From Marsupella aquatica (lineage: Eukaryota > Plantae > Marchantiophyta): DNA of 64,000 bases. The notes under the pieces were generated by a model. The model ran no database searches. It was not told the origin of the DNA and saw only the letters and a program-made list of their open reading frames with translations. A program made the position numbers and the translations under genes. Every line of letters starts with the position of its first letter. Position 1 is the stretch's first letter. The stretch is from the NCBI GenBank assembly GCA_973895155.1, contig OZ316896.1:23580600-23644599 (forward strand). Reading direction: 5' to 3'. Of this stretch, positions 36,101-49,347 are shown piece by piece.

Positions 36101-39100
36101 TTTTCTGCGTGCGATGAAGTTGGTGTGAACTGGCTTCGGCAGTTCGTGTTGATCTTTCATAGATACTAGAAAATGTATCTACGGGACCTTCAACACAAAA
36201 GTAATCTCAGCAGATGAGTTGAACTTGTTCGTTGGTGCCTGTGTCAGTCATCACCTGGGAATGGCTATTCCCTCTGCCCGTTTCCTTGTTTCATCATCTT
36301 AGATGGTCTTACAGTTGACCAAGGCAAGTGAACAGTAGTATTCTCAAACCACCAGGGCTACTTTCTATCAGAATCACTGCATGGCGCGCTTTGATGTCTA
36401 TGCTTCTCGATTGTAGTGGTGGTAGAGCGAGCCACTATTGACGATTTCTTGGTTGTGTTTGCAGACTATCGCGACATTTTTCAGTCAGGTGATGGCTGCT
36501 GTTGGAGGGAACACTGCCGGGCCAGGTACACTACCTCTTGAAACTTCCGTAACTCTCATGTTGTATCCCGTTACCGCCAAGTAGTTAATCGGAACGTATC
36601 CCGCTGTGTCGAAGATGCATATGGTGGTTTCTGGCTTTTTTGAAACATCTCGGACCCCATTGTTGTCCAATTGCAGGTGATGCCGTTGTCAATGTATACA
36701 TTAATCAAGAAAAGAAATTCGCTTTCGTGGAGATGCGAACTGTTGAAGAAGCTAGTAATGCAATGGCTCTCGATGGCATCATTTTTGAGGTATCTATCTA
36801 GCCAATGTTTTATGTTGATGGAGTGCGTAATGTTTCCCACTCTTCACCTTATGGTTGCTTGGTCATCAAATTGTGTTTTTTTCCTATTGTTTTGATGAGC
36901 GATTACACCTGACTACTGACTCATTAACGTGAAGCATGCGTCTTGTCAGGGTGTTTCCGTACGAGTAAGGAGGCCGAGTGACTACAATCCCTCGATGGCT
37001 GCCACACTTGGACCTAGCCAGCCAAGTCCACACCTAAATCTAGCCGCTGTTGGCCTTACTCCCGGGTATGTTTTCTGTCTTTGGATTGAAGGTCTATCGG
37101 GAGTTGTTTTTTTGGGGGTTCAATGAGGGAAGATAAATCATTTTGCTGACGACGTACAGGTAGAAAAACTGAACTCATCAATTGGCGGGCGTGGGAAAGC
37201 TGCTGTGATACTTTTGTGTTAACTAAGTAGTGTTGCAATATAAATTCGACAAGACAGTGCCAGTCATTATTTATTAGTGCTAATTCAGTGTAGACTGAGC
37301 ATTTTCTGACTTCTGAATGATTCTTATGTACTGCAGTAGTGCAGCTGGAGGTGCAGATGGCCCTGACCGGATATTTGTTGGAGGTTTGCCATATTACTTG
37401 ACGGAGGTGCAAATCAAAGAGTTGTTGGAATCTTTCGGGTAAGACGTGAGCTAAAGTTCTCTGTGACGTGAGAGGTCAAGTGTATTGCCTTTCGAAATTA
37501 GGGGTTTTATCGTTTGTCCAGCATTTCCAACGCGCTCGCACCCCCTCACCCTCCTTTCAAAAGCACCGAGTTCTTTGTCTCCCTTGTTTGGATTAATTTC
37601 ATGTTGTCATGGGTGAATAGGTCCTTCAATAAGTTTCTCAGAGACTTGTAGATTTGCACACATATTTGTCTAATGTGATCTGCTGAAAGATATTGAACAT
37701 AGGACGAGTGTTGCTGAAGGTAGGCTCGTGATTTCGGTCTTGTATCTGCTGAAAGTCAAAGCATGAGTTTGACTTTAGTCTTTGATCTGCTTTGTAGACC
37801 TTTGCGAGGTTTTGATCTTGTAAAAGATCGCGATACAGGCAACTCAAAAGGATACGGATTTTGCGTATATCAGGTATGTAAGGCTAAAAATTTTGTGCCA
37901 TTATTTTCATTGAAATAACAATTACCTCTGCTTTAGCGATTGAATGTCTTGTATTATGGTGGGAAGAATCTGTGATTGTACGTTCTGTTGACCCTCGGCC
38001 TGCTTGGATGGAGCCTTCAAAGTGCAGATAAAACTTCAACAAATCTCACATTACACTTCAGTCAAATCCTCATGATATTATGAAAGCCTTTCAGGGTGGT
38101 GAATAGGATTTCTCAATCTGTCAAGTGTCTTTGTCTCCATCTTAAGTTTGGTGTGTAAAATTTAGTGAGATCAAGTTTTGACGGTTGGTGTATGGCACTT
38201 TCTAGTTAATGTCCCTCATTGGTGTTTCAAGAAAACAGCTAATCTGATTCTTGGGTGCTGCATCCCAATGGTGCGTGCTCAATATATGCAGGATTCTGCC
38301 GTAACAGACGTTGCTTGTGCTGCGCTTAATGGTTTGAAAATGGGTGATAAGACCTTAACAGTGCGTCGGGCGACTGCCAGGTGGGGGTTTTGCTTGATCT
38401 TACTCCTCTTGTCTGCTTGTGGCTTCCTACTTGCCTACTGTGCAGGACCCTTCAGTTGTGGATATAGCCTGTGCAACGCTTAATGGCATGAAAATGGATG
38501 ACAAGACCTTGACAGTCCGCCGTGCCACTGCGAGGTTGGCATATGTCCACTTATCAAAACACATCCTTGTCGGTCCTTGGGTGTGTTATATCTAGGAGAA
38601 TTAGTTGTACTTAAAACAGAAGAAAGGTGAGTAATGAGGAAGGGTTTTATCATTTAAATTCCACGGGCATTGGTCATCAGATTTTTAGTTGTCTCTAAGC
38701 TTCCTTGTTGAATGCAAGGTTGTGCTCACATGTCTACATGGTGGCCATTAAGGATGAGAAAGTTTTGGAAATTAGTGAGGTTGTGAAACTTAGGTTCGGA
38801 GACCCCTCAGGGCAGGATGTGTTTCCAGATCTTGACTCCCCATGTGGAATTGACCTACTGACTTGGATTGAATATCTGTGCAGCGGTCAGCCGAAGCCAG
38901 ATCAGGCAAATGTTTTGGCACAAGCCCAGCAGCAAATTGCATTGCAGGTGATTAAGGATTGTCCGTTTCTGTGTCCTTCATTTGTGATGTATGTCTCTGT
39001 TTCTATTCGTAGAGCCAGTATTAGAAGTATCATTTTCTTGCTTTGGTCTAATGAATTCCTTTCGTCTAATAAAACTTTCTCTGGTCTAATGAACCGTCTT

Positions 39101-40206
39101 AACTGCAGAAGCTTGCTTTGCAGGCCAGTGGTGCGAATGCAGTGGCTTTAGGTGGGTTGTCAACATTAATGTCAGGCCTCTCCCCTTCGTTGCTACCTGG
39201 CATGATGTCAGGGATGACAAATGGTTTGTCTGCATCAAGTGAACCTGTCACAAAAGTGGTTTGCTTAACCCAGGTAAGTTAAAACTTGAGTGCGATGGTC
39301 GCTTGCATCCGGGACATCGTCTATGATTGTTGGTCAGCTGTGCAGCCTGGTCGAGGTCTCTAGAGGAAGGCAAACACGCGTCTAGAACTCTTATTATCTC
39401 TAGTTTCACCTGCGCCTGTCCCTTCAGCATTCGTGAGAGAATCTTGACGGGAAGTGTTCGTCAGATTTGTCAATTGTTCCATATTCGTCTTTGTTCAAGT
39501 GGTGACGGTGCTCTCACAACTTCCACTGTTCACTAGAGTTCTGTAGAAATGACTATGCTTAAAAGTTTGTAAAACTTATTGATTGCTATTTCGTCTTCCT
39601 CTAGGTGGTGACACCTAATGAGCTCACAGACGATGAGGAGTATGAGGAAATTGTGGAAGATATGAAGGATGAATGCGGGAAATTTGGTAAGGACAGATGT
39701 CTTCATCTGGCCGTTTTTCTGAATCTGGATATTCTCAGCCGCTTTTCCTTTGTATGTTCCTTGACTTGTCCTCTTTCCTCTGCAGGCACTATTGTGAATC
39801 TGGTCATTCCCAGACCACGGGCAGATGGAGAAGAGGTTCCGGGGGTTGGGAAGGTATGTCCTCGCCCACTGAGTCATTTTTGCGCATGTTGGTTTGTGCT
39901 ACTCACAATACGGGTGTGATATGACACTCCTCAATTACCTATCGGTGTCCTCAGTCGCACTTTGGGCCCCCTAAGAGATCTGCAGTTGGCTAGAGATGTC
40001 AGGAATTTGATCCGGCGGTCCGTGGAAGTCATAAGGATTTGACTGTAGACCATTCTGTGTTATTGCAGGTTTTTGTGGAGTATACAGATACTCAAGGTGC
40101 TGCTAAAGCAAAGCTAGCACTTAACGGAAGGAAATTTTCGGGAAATTCTGTAGTCGCCGTCCATTATCCAGAGGATAAATTCTCAAATGGGGATTACAGT
40201 GGCTAA
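33121..40206 (+). CDS. U2AF65: Splicing factor U2AF large subunit (multi-exon; first exon uncertain)
   Basis: RS-rich exons (33650-, ~34288-), SGFDMAPP, ATRHARRVYVGGLP (35975-36034), NQEKKFAFVEMR, PDRIFVGGLPYYL, GNSKGYGFCVYQ, UHM exons EEIVEDMKDECGKFG and GVGKVFVEY. Stop TAA at 40204-40206. GT-AG introns. Confidence 0.95.
38292..38534 (+). other. Tandem duplicated 89-nt exons (38292-38380 and 38446-38534) in U2AF65 RRM2
   Basis: Both are flanked by TGCAG and GT, are in the same phase, and encode DSAVTDVACAALNGLKMGDKTLTVRRATA and DPSVVDIACATLNGMKMDDKTLTVRRATA. Confidence 0.88.
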
Positions 40207-41947
40207 ATCCCTTTACTTGCATCTAGAAAGATTGATAGGCATGCAGCTGCTGAAAGGATTCCTTAAATGATGGATTTCAGTAAGTCACTGCTCAAAGATA
40301 CCAGGTTTTCATGTGTTTCTTCTGCTATGATAAGAAAAGCACTTACTAGCGAGAAATGGACGAACCATATTGCCCTATTTCTCTCAAAAGTTTTGTTGTA
40401 GCATTGACCTCCCCAATGTTGACAAAAAAATTCTGGTTTTTTCGTACTCTTTTCTTTTGCAGCTTTCGGGGTAGGCGAAACTCTTCAGTGTTTGTCCTTA
40501 CAATGGGTTCCTTGAACTGTACCTAGCATTAGCAGAACGGCTGTGTCGTCCGCCCCCCAAATGATGAATTGGAGACTCAAATCTTTGTAAGTAAGTACAT
40601 AATAAAAGTTTTTCACGTTGGAATCTGATGGGATGTTTGACAACTCGATGAGTTTCCTGGAGTCTGGATCATTGTGCCCCTCTTGTTGTAAAGTGGTTTG
40701 CCGGATTGTGTAAAGCATCGGATCTCATTGGGTGACCTTGAATGGTAATTGACTTCGCCCTTTCCGATTGAAAGTGTGATGCTTCTTTCCTGAAGCATTG
40801 CTCCGCTTTTTTAACGATTTATTTCCACTCGAGCACGAATGTTATATCCTGGGGTCTTTCGAGACTCACGAGTACACCGGCTATTTTGACAATGACACCT
40901 CTCCGACCCTGGTTTGCGCTGAATTCTGTCTCGGATTAGGTGCCTAGATAAAAGTTCACCAAATCAAGAATCGAGGAAAGGGTTTGAATTTATATATAAT
41001 AATTTGGTGGAGGAAATTCCAATTCAGATCCAAACAGGAGGTAATATGTATACCCGAGCAGACTGACTCAGTGGGTGCATAGAGTCCACCCTCGGTTCTG
41101 CTTATGCACGGATTATGCACCACAACGCAGATACTCTTTTAGTCCATTCCGTGAAAAACTCGCGAAGATGTCACAATCTGAAAACTAGTCAACTTTCTAT
41201 ATGCATGGAGCGGTTGTGTCAAAGTGTAATGGCTTGTGAACTTGCTATATCAATGACCAGGCCTGGTTAGGACTGGCCACTCAAGGCAACTATCAGTGAC
41301 CCTACTATTTGAACGTATGTCAGGCCAGCGAAATCGCTAGCAATCGTGCCACCCATAATTCTTGCACGAACTTTGGCGTGCGGTCCTTAACGACGTGAAA
41401 CAATCATCATGATAACGGACCGGGAATAACGTTCTTTGACTAAAACAATCTTGGGAGCGCATCCAAGGTCAGAATCGAAAGCTTCATCCGGCCATCGAGC
41501 GTGACACCCCCAACAGACAAGATCGTAGCACCCCCAACAGACAAGATCCCAAACCGTTGGGAAGAATCTCCCGCTATCCACCATCCCCTATATCTCACTC
41601 GGACCTTTAGAACCATTTCCATTCATTCCATTTCGGACACTCTTTGGGGCTCTCTTTCTGTTCGACGCTTCTCTTGTTGTCTTCGCGGGAGTCGAAGCCG
41701 TGTCGTGACTTGTACTACTGTTGTTGCAACATTGCATCGAGTTCCTCCGTGATCACAAGCATGATAGATTTGGCAGTCGGATCCGGATTGAGGTATCTCT
41801 GTTATCTGTCATTTGTTTCCCCCCTGCTGTTTGGTCTTCTCTCAGGTATTCATTGTCATCCGCTTTCTGGTTTGTCAACATAAGTAGACCTTGCATAAGA
41901 TTAATTGTAAGTAATCTGAATCGCATTGATTTCTGTTACAGGGAGAA

Positions 41948-42376
41948 ATGGCACGGAATGAGAGTAAAGCTCCTCCAAAATGGATTCTCGAAGTCCGGCG
42001 ATATAATGCCAAAATGGATGGTCCACTGGACTCCCCGCCAAGGTCCCCTCCACCGAAGCAAAGTATTGTCAACACTGCACTGAAGAGCAATACATCTCCT
42101 TCCAGTCGCGTGGCTCCCGTCGTCTCCAAGGACTCAAAGGTCACCGCACCTTCTAAGGAGACATTGTCCAAGGCGGTCTCCCGAACACCATTGTCTTCTC
42201 GCTCGAATGTCCTTGTCTCTAAGGGGGTTTCTGAGAAGTGCAACAGAGAAGAGGAGGAGTCATACTGGAGGGACCTAGACATCCACAACTATTGGACGGA
42301 AAACGTACTCGCTTCCTCCGACTATGATACTATCTCCGACTTTGATTCCGACGCGTACGAGGCAGCGAGCCCTTAA
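41948..42376 (+). CDS. Hypothetical S/P-rich small protein, possibly transposon-associated
   Basis: 142-aa ORF whose ATG follows an acceptor-like TTTCTGTTACAG; no recognisable domain. Confidence 0.3.
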   Translation: MARNESKAPPKWILEVRRYNAKMDGPLDSPPRSPPPKQSIVNTALKSNTSPSSRVAPVVSKDSKVTAPSKETLSKAVSRTPLSSRSNVLVSKGVSEKCNREEEESYWRDLDIHNYWTENVLASSDYDTISDFDSDAYEAASP

Positions 42377-42643
42377 ACAGAAGTCCAATATCAGTAGTCC
42401 ATCTTCTAGGGGGCATAGACGTTTTGTAACAATGTATTGTATCCCGAGTCTGGACCCTGGACCTCGGAGTTCCAAAGAGTTCTTGGACATTTCATGTGTA
42501 ACATAGTTATATGTTGTCACCTGCTTATCAAACGATTAACACAACAAATACCGCTTGGCTTCTACTAATAATCGTTTGTATCGTATGACGGGGACGTGGA
42601 GGGACGCTATATGGATTAATTTTTGACTAAGGATGAGTAGATT

Positions 42644-44205
42644 TGTTTCCGCTCCCCGAAATGTAGTTTTTGATCAAGTCTACCGACTATACGTGTACTC
42701 CGCTTTTGATCAAGTCCCGTGGACTACCTTGTTCCTACTCCTCCTGGCCTTTGGCAAAGTGCTGTCACCACTCTCCCACTCACAGGGTCGACCAAGCCAT
42801 GTGAGTTTCTCTAAACATCCATGCTAGGGGAAGAACACAATCGTGCAACCAAGAGAGAGAACACCACACAAGATTCATGAAAATCCAACCAAATCCATAT
42901 CTCTTAGTGGCCAAGGTAACACATTGCTTGGGCAACCCGGTCTCCTACCGTCTACCCAACTCCTGCCTCACAGGACAATGAGCCCTCTCCACCTCAATAC
43001 TTCGGATCAATTCCCTATTCTTGTTCAAGGCTAATCCTCACAAAAACAACACTAGACAGAGTTCCCCCCGCCTGCTCCTACCAGGGGCTGCTGGTTAAAT
43101 ACCGAAAACAACAATGTGTGAACACACAAGCCCTAGGGTGTGGCGGCGGCCACTGCCTGGCTGGCCGCCATCCACTGGCAGCGCCTCTAACCTAAAAGCC
43201 TTCTACACATGCGGCACACACATGCACTCCTAACCCTATTGCTACCTAAGTGAGGCCAACGGTGCCTTCGTCGGTCATCACATCAATTAAACAAAACTAG
43301 ACTAAGTCCTATGTAGACCATGGCCTACCTTCCTACTATGTGGCGGCCAACGCCTTCCACTACCCTGGCCATAAAAATATTCGAAAGTAGAAGTTGCTCA
43401 AAACCTGGTCCTGAGAAATTTTGAGGATAGCCACTGTCATCCTGATCGTAACCCCGAAAATGGTTCTCAAAACGGACATTAGACACCCGAGATATGGCCT
43501 ATCGAGTCTCAAACCCTACCCTGGCCACCATCGCACCAAATCGTCCGTACGGTCCCGGCCTCCCATCACGACATCAAATTGAGGTACCCTGGCCATGGCC
43601 ACATGCCCTGACTTGGCCGGGTCACCCTCCTGAAGGCCATACGGACGTCCGTACGGCGCCGGACCCCAATCTTCACAAAAACGCTTTGGTTCGTATCTCC
43701 CTCATTTTGACTCCGTTTGGGGCGTGTCTTATCTTGTTGGATTCAGCTCGGCGAGCTCCTTCCAATAAGCCTATAAGTCCTTGATTCTGAGAAGGTTGGA
43801 AATTCGACTTTTGTGTGGCCAAGGTCCGTACGGCTCATGTACTAACCTTCATCTGACTGCTCGCTTGTAGTAAGATACTCATCTATGGATTGGCCACTGG
43901 AACCCTCACTGTGCTCCTGGCCAAGGTCTCCTTGGGCTTGTCCTCCGGTGGCCGGGCTCCCCTTCAGGCCGCCTTACTGCTGGCCGGCACCCAAAGGTGG
44001 CGCTTGGCCATTATCGCCCTTCGACCCGGCCCCCCTTTACGCTAATACTAGGGCCGCTTACAAAAATGAAAAGCTAGAAAATCCCCAGCTCCTACATGGG
44101 AGGGTACCAAGGTACGTGCCTTGTCTTGCACTGGCCAGCGGCCAACCCCCCTACTCTGAGGCGTGGCCGACAACTAAAATTAAGAGTACATGAAAAACAT
44201 CAACA
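42644..44205 (-). mobile_element. Probable solo LTR or LTR fragment of an unrelated retrotransposon
   Basis: Non-coding, GGCC-rich, with a TGTTGATG start on the minus strand (CATCAACA at 44198-44205) and LTR-like motifs (GTTGGATTCAGCTCGGCGAGCTCCTTCC; AAAACGGACATTAGACACCCGAGATATGGCC). Left end and TSD are unresolved. Confidence 0.45.
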
Positions 44206-44883
44206 CCCACCTCATCTATATTGCGTATAACTATCTTCGACAAGGTTGTAAGAGAACAAAAGCAAAAAAACTTGACACAAATCTATTAATTTATTTACAT
44301 GTGCGCGTCACGACTACCCCTTAAAATCATTCTTTGGGAACATCTTCTAAACCCTAAACATCTTTGTTCATTTTGCAATAAAAGCTTGAGAATTTTATCC
44401 GATTGTAATGTTCCAATATGTCCTATTATTGCTAGCGACATCGCTAGTAAAACTATGCATGACTACAATGTTTTGTTTTCTCGCATGTATATCCAAAAAT
44501 CAATTGTAACACATGAGTTATGGAACTCTACGTTAAGTAGAACTTTGTCGAACAGGAACCGTTTACCACGAAACCTAATTTTTTTACTTCACGCGTTTAA
44601 TGCCAGCAACATCGCTAGCAAAATAAACAACAATGTCGACACTTACTAAATCATAATAGACCCTTGCTGACATTACATACACAATATAATTACTGAGGTA
44701 GAGGACCTTCCTCTGTTCTGAAAACCAGAATGCATCAAAATGAGGGACGCAGAAATGTTCACCTCAACAGATAATAGAGATTGAGTCAACTACACTGCAA
44801 TGGAATCAAACTCCTCACTTCAACAACAGTCATAATTGGCTGCTTCACAAGATTGTCTCTCTCTAGATTCAATGAAAACTTAT

Positions 44884-47800
44884 TTAAGTAAAGTACACCC
44901 ACAGGAGGTGTTTACAAGACATGTAGGGTCTTCCTCTCGTGTGTCTCTTGTAGAAGTCATCACATGAACAAGAAGGAAAGCAACACACTTGGACCCAGTA
45001 CTCGTGTGCAATTTTAGAATCTGTCTCGTGAGTGACGATGAGATATTGCCATCCCCACCCATTTCCGAGGCATATCTTCTCACTTCCAATGACTCTCATC
45101 TGTTCGTCAGTCGCAGATCGAATGCATTTAAGAAGCTCAGGGGTGTTCTGGAAACGTTGAAGAACGCCTTTCCCATTCCGGGTCTTGAATCTACGGTGTG
45201 GACAACCAATGTCAACTCTTTTTGGGAAGGTGTTCACATCAATTCGGAGGTCAACACGATTTGGAGAAGAGAATGACCCGATTGGCGCTGGATCAGAGTA
45301 TGATAATCCTTTGATTTGAAACCCATTTCAAAGCGGGTTTCAAAGAAGAAAGTCAATCTCTGTTGGGGTCAGCCTGGTCCCTCGTTGGACCTGCAATGCC
45401 TTAGGTGGTTCTGGAAGCTGGGCAAGAGTCCTTCTGCCCCCTGTTTTATGGCACCTATTATTCGGACAGAAGTACAGACGCTGACAATGTGGAGAGGACA
45501 ACCTCAATCCGTGAATGGCAACACCAACCACTCCAGCCTGAAATGCCTTCAATCCAGTTTCTTTGATGAGATTCCTGCACTTATCTCTTCCAAACACACT
45601 TCGGTCCACTCGTCCGTTGCAAACAGGTCCACTTCCTTTTCCACTCCGCCTCAAGTGCCAGGTCCCATACATTACATCAACCTCTTCAATAAAAGGGATC
45701 CTTCGGGGTGCATCCCAAATTTCATCCCGATTATTTTGAGACGGTGGTATTTCTCCAACATCGTTTGGAACCTGTGTTGCATCTCCACGGCTTTGTTCTT
45801 CACCATCATCTGATATATTAATAACTTCACGAGGGAGGGGAGGTCTAAGGCAAGTGGGATTGTCTCCACCAATCTCAGAAGCACCACTAAAGTTACTAAA
45901 TTTGGTGTAAAGATTTCTTCTTTTCAAACTAGACAGCGACGCCACTGTGCGCAATATCTTATCATGTCGATGAGAATTGTTTTCATGAATAGAAGCAGAA
46001 GCACTACCCTTCCTTTTTCCTGACTTGTTCTAAGATCTCCATGTAAAGGCAATATTCTATAGAACTCATATTTTCCAGAGGATTCAAATAGTAGATTGGA
46101 TGCCTTCTCATAGGCATCCAACGTACGACCCCATTGTATCTGCATTTCTATAGGCCAGCTCAAATATTGTAGGACCATTGCCACGATGACACCCTTCCAA
46201 GTATGCAATGAACGTTGCAATCTGTCCAACTGCTCAATTCTGGTCAACTTCACAGGCTTCCATCAAACCAATTTTCTTCTTTGGCTGGCAGGAACGCATT
46301 GATGCGTGAGAAGATTCAGCTCTCGCACACTTTGGCATCAAAGCAGACTCCTTCGCAGTTTGCGTCTGGAAAATAAACAGAGTTAACACTTGTATTCACT
46401 AGCGATATGTCTAGCTTGAGGCATACTCATGTTTGAGTCAGTGACAGAAAAACCTTTATGAAAAGAAGTATTATGGCTAGCGATCTCGTAGCTTTAATGC
46501 ACCACAGATAATGGCCCGATACTTACCACTCGAATAAAGTTACCCCATTGTCTCCACCGCACAACCCACCATGGAATCCACCCTTGGAGTGATTTAAGCT
46601 TGGAAGGGTGACAATTCCCTTCTTTCCACCATTTCTGAATGTCGTCGGCTATACGATATGCTTTGACGTATGTTGGAGCAATTCTTAACTGCTCCCACAT
46701 CTTATAGTGCTCCGCATGACATCCCTCCTTGATTCCCTCCAAAGTGTGTCTTCTGAGGGATTGAGAGAAATGGAAAGCACCACTATGCTCTTTCATAGGA
46801 TTTATGACACCCCCCAAAAATACCCTTCGAACAGCAATCCATCCAGCCTCCGCATTGTCTGCTATGAATCCTCCAATAATGGGATTATTCACTCCATTCT
46901 CGGATGCAACATCTACCATTAACCTCCACGCAGTCTCAAGTGACTCTGTGTCTTTGGTTGTCAACTCACAAGTGAAAATTGTACACAGAGCGCGGTAATT
47001 ATGGTCATACACGTGTGCGCTGAAGGTCAACCATCCAGTAGTGATACGATGCATCACGTCAAAACTCACCCAAGAACCTTCCAAAACTCCTCCAGACTCC
47101 ATGCTCCTCAAAATGTCCACACCAGATCCAGGACCATTGTACTCATTTTGAATACATGCGCTCGATCATTATTGTTTCCTTGACCAGGAAACAGGTACCT
47201 TTGCACGAAAGGGAAACTATTATGTGATTGCATTTCACAAAGGGAGTCAAGTTCTCCTTTTTTGGGATTAGCCATCTTCACACTTCGAAGAATAGCTTGG
47301 AACTTTGGAGCGGTCGAAACCACTCCGATCGAACACCAAATTTCTTTCTGTTCTTCTCTCGACAACTGAGCTGATGATTCTGGATGCAATAGGGAGACTA
47401 GGTTCCCAATGAGGTTCCCAATTGACTGGTTTCTCAGACGTGCAGGAGTTGAGACTGGATTCAACCTATAGACCCCTAAAACAACATCTTCCGCTGTTTT
47501 TCTTGTAGAATGAGATTTTCCCTTCCAAACGGGGTGGTCATGGAATCCCCGGCCATATGCACAGCCAATCTGGACATATGCATTGAAATTATGTGACTCT
47601 CCAAACCTGGCTTAGGGTATACGTACAACAATGTAATGTGCCATTCATTTCGCACGATATGCAACTAGTTGCTAAAAGTTTTGTCGGGCAATCTCGAATA
47701 CAGAGAGGCCTCTCTTCACAAAAGCCACAGACAAGTCCGCCCTCACTCACTTGCTCTCCAAGATGAAAGATGTCTGTCAGCAACCCTTTCCCTCTGAAAG

Positions 47801-48422
47801 CGCAATCATTTTTCACTCCAGTATGTTTCAACTTCCGGCAACCCAAATTATGGCATTCAAGAATGCCAGCGCAATGGACTTTTGACACAGCCCAATGAAA
47901 CCTTGGCTTCAAATTCGCAGATGTAGTGACGAGTCTAGTCCAAGGATAGTCGTCCTTCTCTCGATCCATATCTTGGAGACCTCCTCCACGCCTGACCCCC
48001 TCGACTGGAGGAAGTTCAAAAACAATGTTACCATTGTATGTCGATGGCAGACTTGAAACCTGACATTCATTCCATTGATTCCCTCTTCAAAATTGTGCAA
48101 GTTCACTTGCTCCACTGATATTGAGAAATGCGTCATAAGCACTCATAAGATACACTGTGGTCATGCTATCCCCAGTCCTTTGAATCAATTTTGTCGCTAA
48201 CCCTTCGGGTTCGGAACCACCTCCTGACGTCACCGACCCACAAGATGTGTCCTGCCTTAGACTATCCGAAGATATTTCAATGACATTGGGAGCTATGTCT
48301 TTGGGAGGCATCCCAAGATTGATCACAGGAGTTTGATTACCGGGAGCTAAATCCACCAGTTCCAGAATGACAACAAGAAAGTCATCTTTACTAGACAGAA
48401 CCTTGACATAATCTTGATCCAA
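44884..48422 (-). pseudogene. Mutator-like (MULE) transposase with GCM/WRKY-like Zn cluster and SWIM finger, frameshifted
   Basis: PWTRL...HCAGILECHNLGC...CGFC...C...HDHP; WVSFDVMHR (D1); GFIADNAEAGW (D2); SGAFHFSQS (CxxH position); PKCARAESSHASM (E, exon near 46260-46366); SWIM CSCDDF...CKHLLWVY. Confidence 0.78.
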
Positions 48423-49347
48423 CCTTCAGTGTCCAGACTTTGGGGGAAGTACTATTGTCCTCTCTCAACTCGTGACTCCGTGTTCCATTTTGAGAATACA
48501 ACTCAAACAACTTCATGATGAGGTCATCCAAAATGAGGTCATCCAAAATGAGTTGCAAGGAATGACTGTCACCCTCACCTCCGACAAACCAGGGATACTT
48601 GGCAGTACAACCACGTCTACCGTGATTCTATGCTCCAAAACCACCTTGGAATTCATCGAGATCATCTCTTCTCGGGATACACAAAAATAAAATGACTATG
48701 TTTTGAATCGTCCATACGACTCTTATGAGGAGGACCAAATCTTTGTTCATCCCAATGAAAACAACACATCGACCAAATTGTCAGATAGTTCCCGTTGATT
48801 TTACCATTATTTTGTCTTTTACTCAACGTATTGGGACGGTTCCCATGCTAGCGATCTCGCTAGCTTGGGTATGCATGTTTATGGACAAACTTTACATCAT
48901 TTTGACCTCTTTTGATGGAGATCTGTATCATGGCTTTTATGCCAGCGATATCGCTAGCCAAAAAGTAAATTCAATGTTTACGAATTTTACCGTTAGGATT
49001 CCGTTGGGAATAGTCAACGGGTACCATAATGTCAATGGTACAAATTACGGTTGACACCTGTCCCATTTTGTATGGATAAGATTATCCCTATCATGAAGGT
49101 TGTTCTTCGGGTTTTCCAAAAAGTACAACTAGTGGTCTCTGCCAGGAGATTTATGTTATTCCTTCCATCATACTGTTGATCGGTGTCAGTATTCACTATC
49201 GTAACTGTGTAAGGCTTTGTCGGGAGTTCCTAACAGTTTGTACGGCTGTCCTATTTCTCTTGAAGGCGGTGCGGTGTGGACATTTTTCACGCGTGCAACT
49301 GCTGCACCCTCCGGACACGACCACTCTTCTCCGAAGGGGTTTATTTC

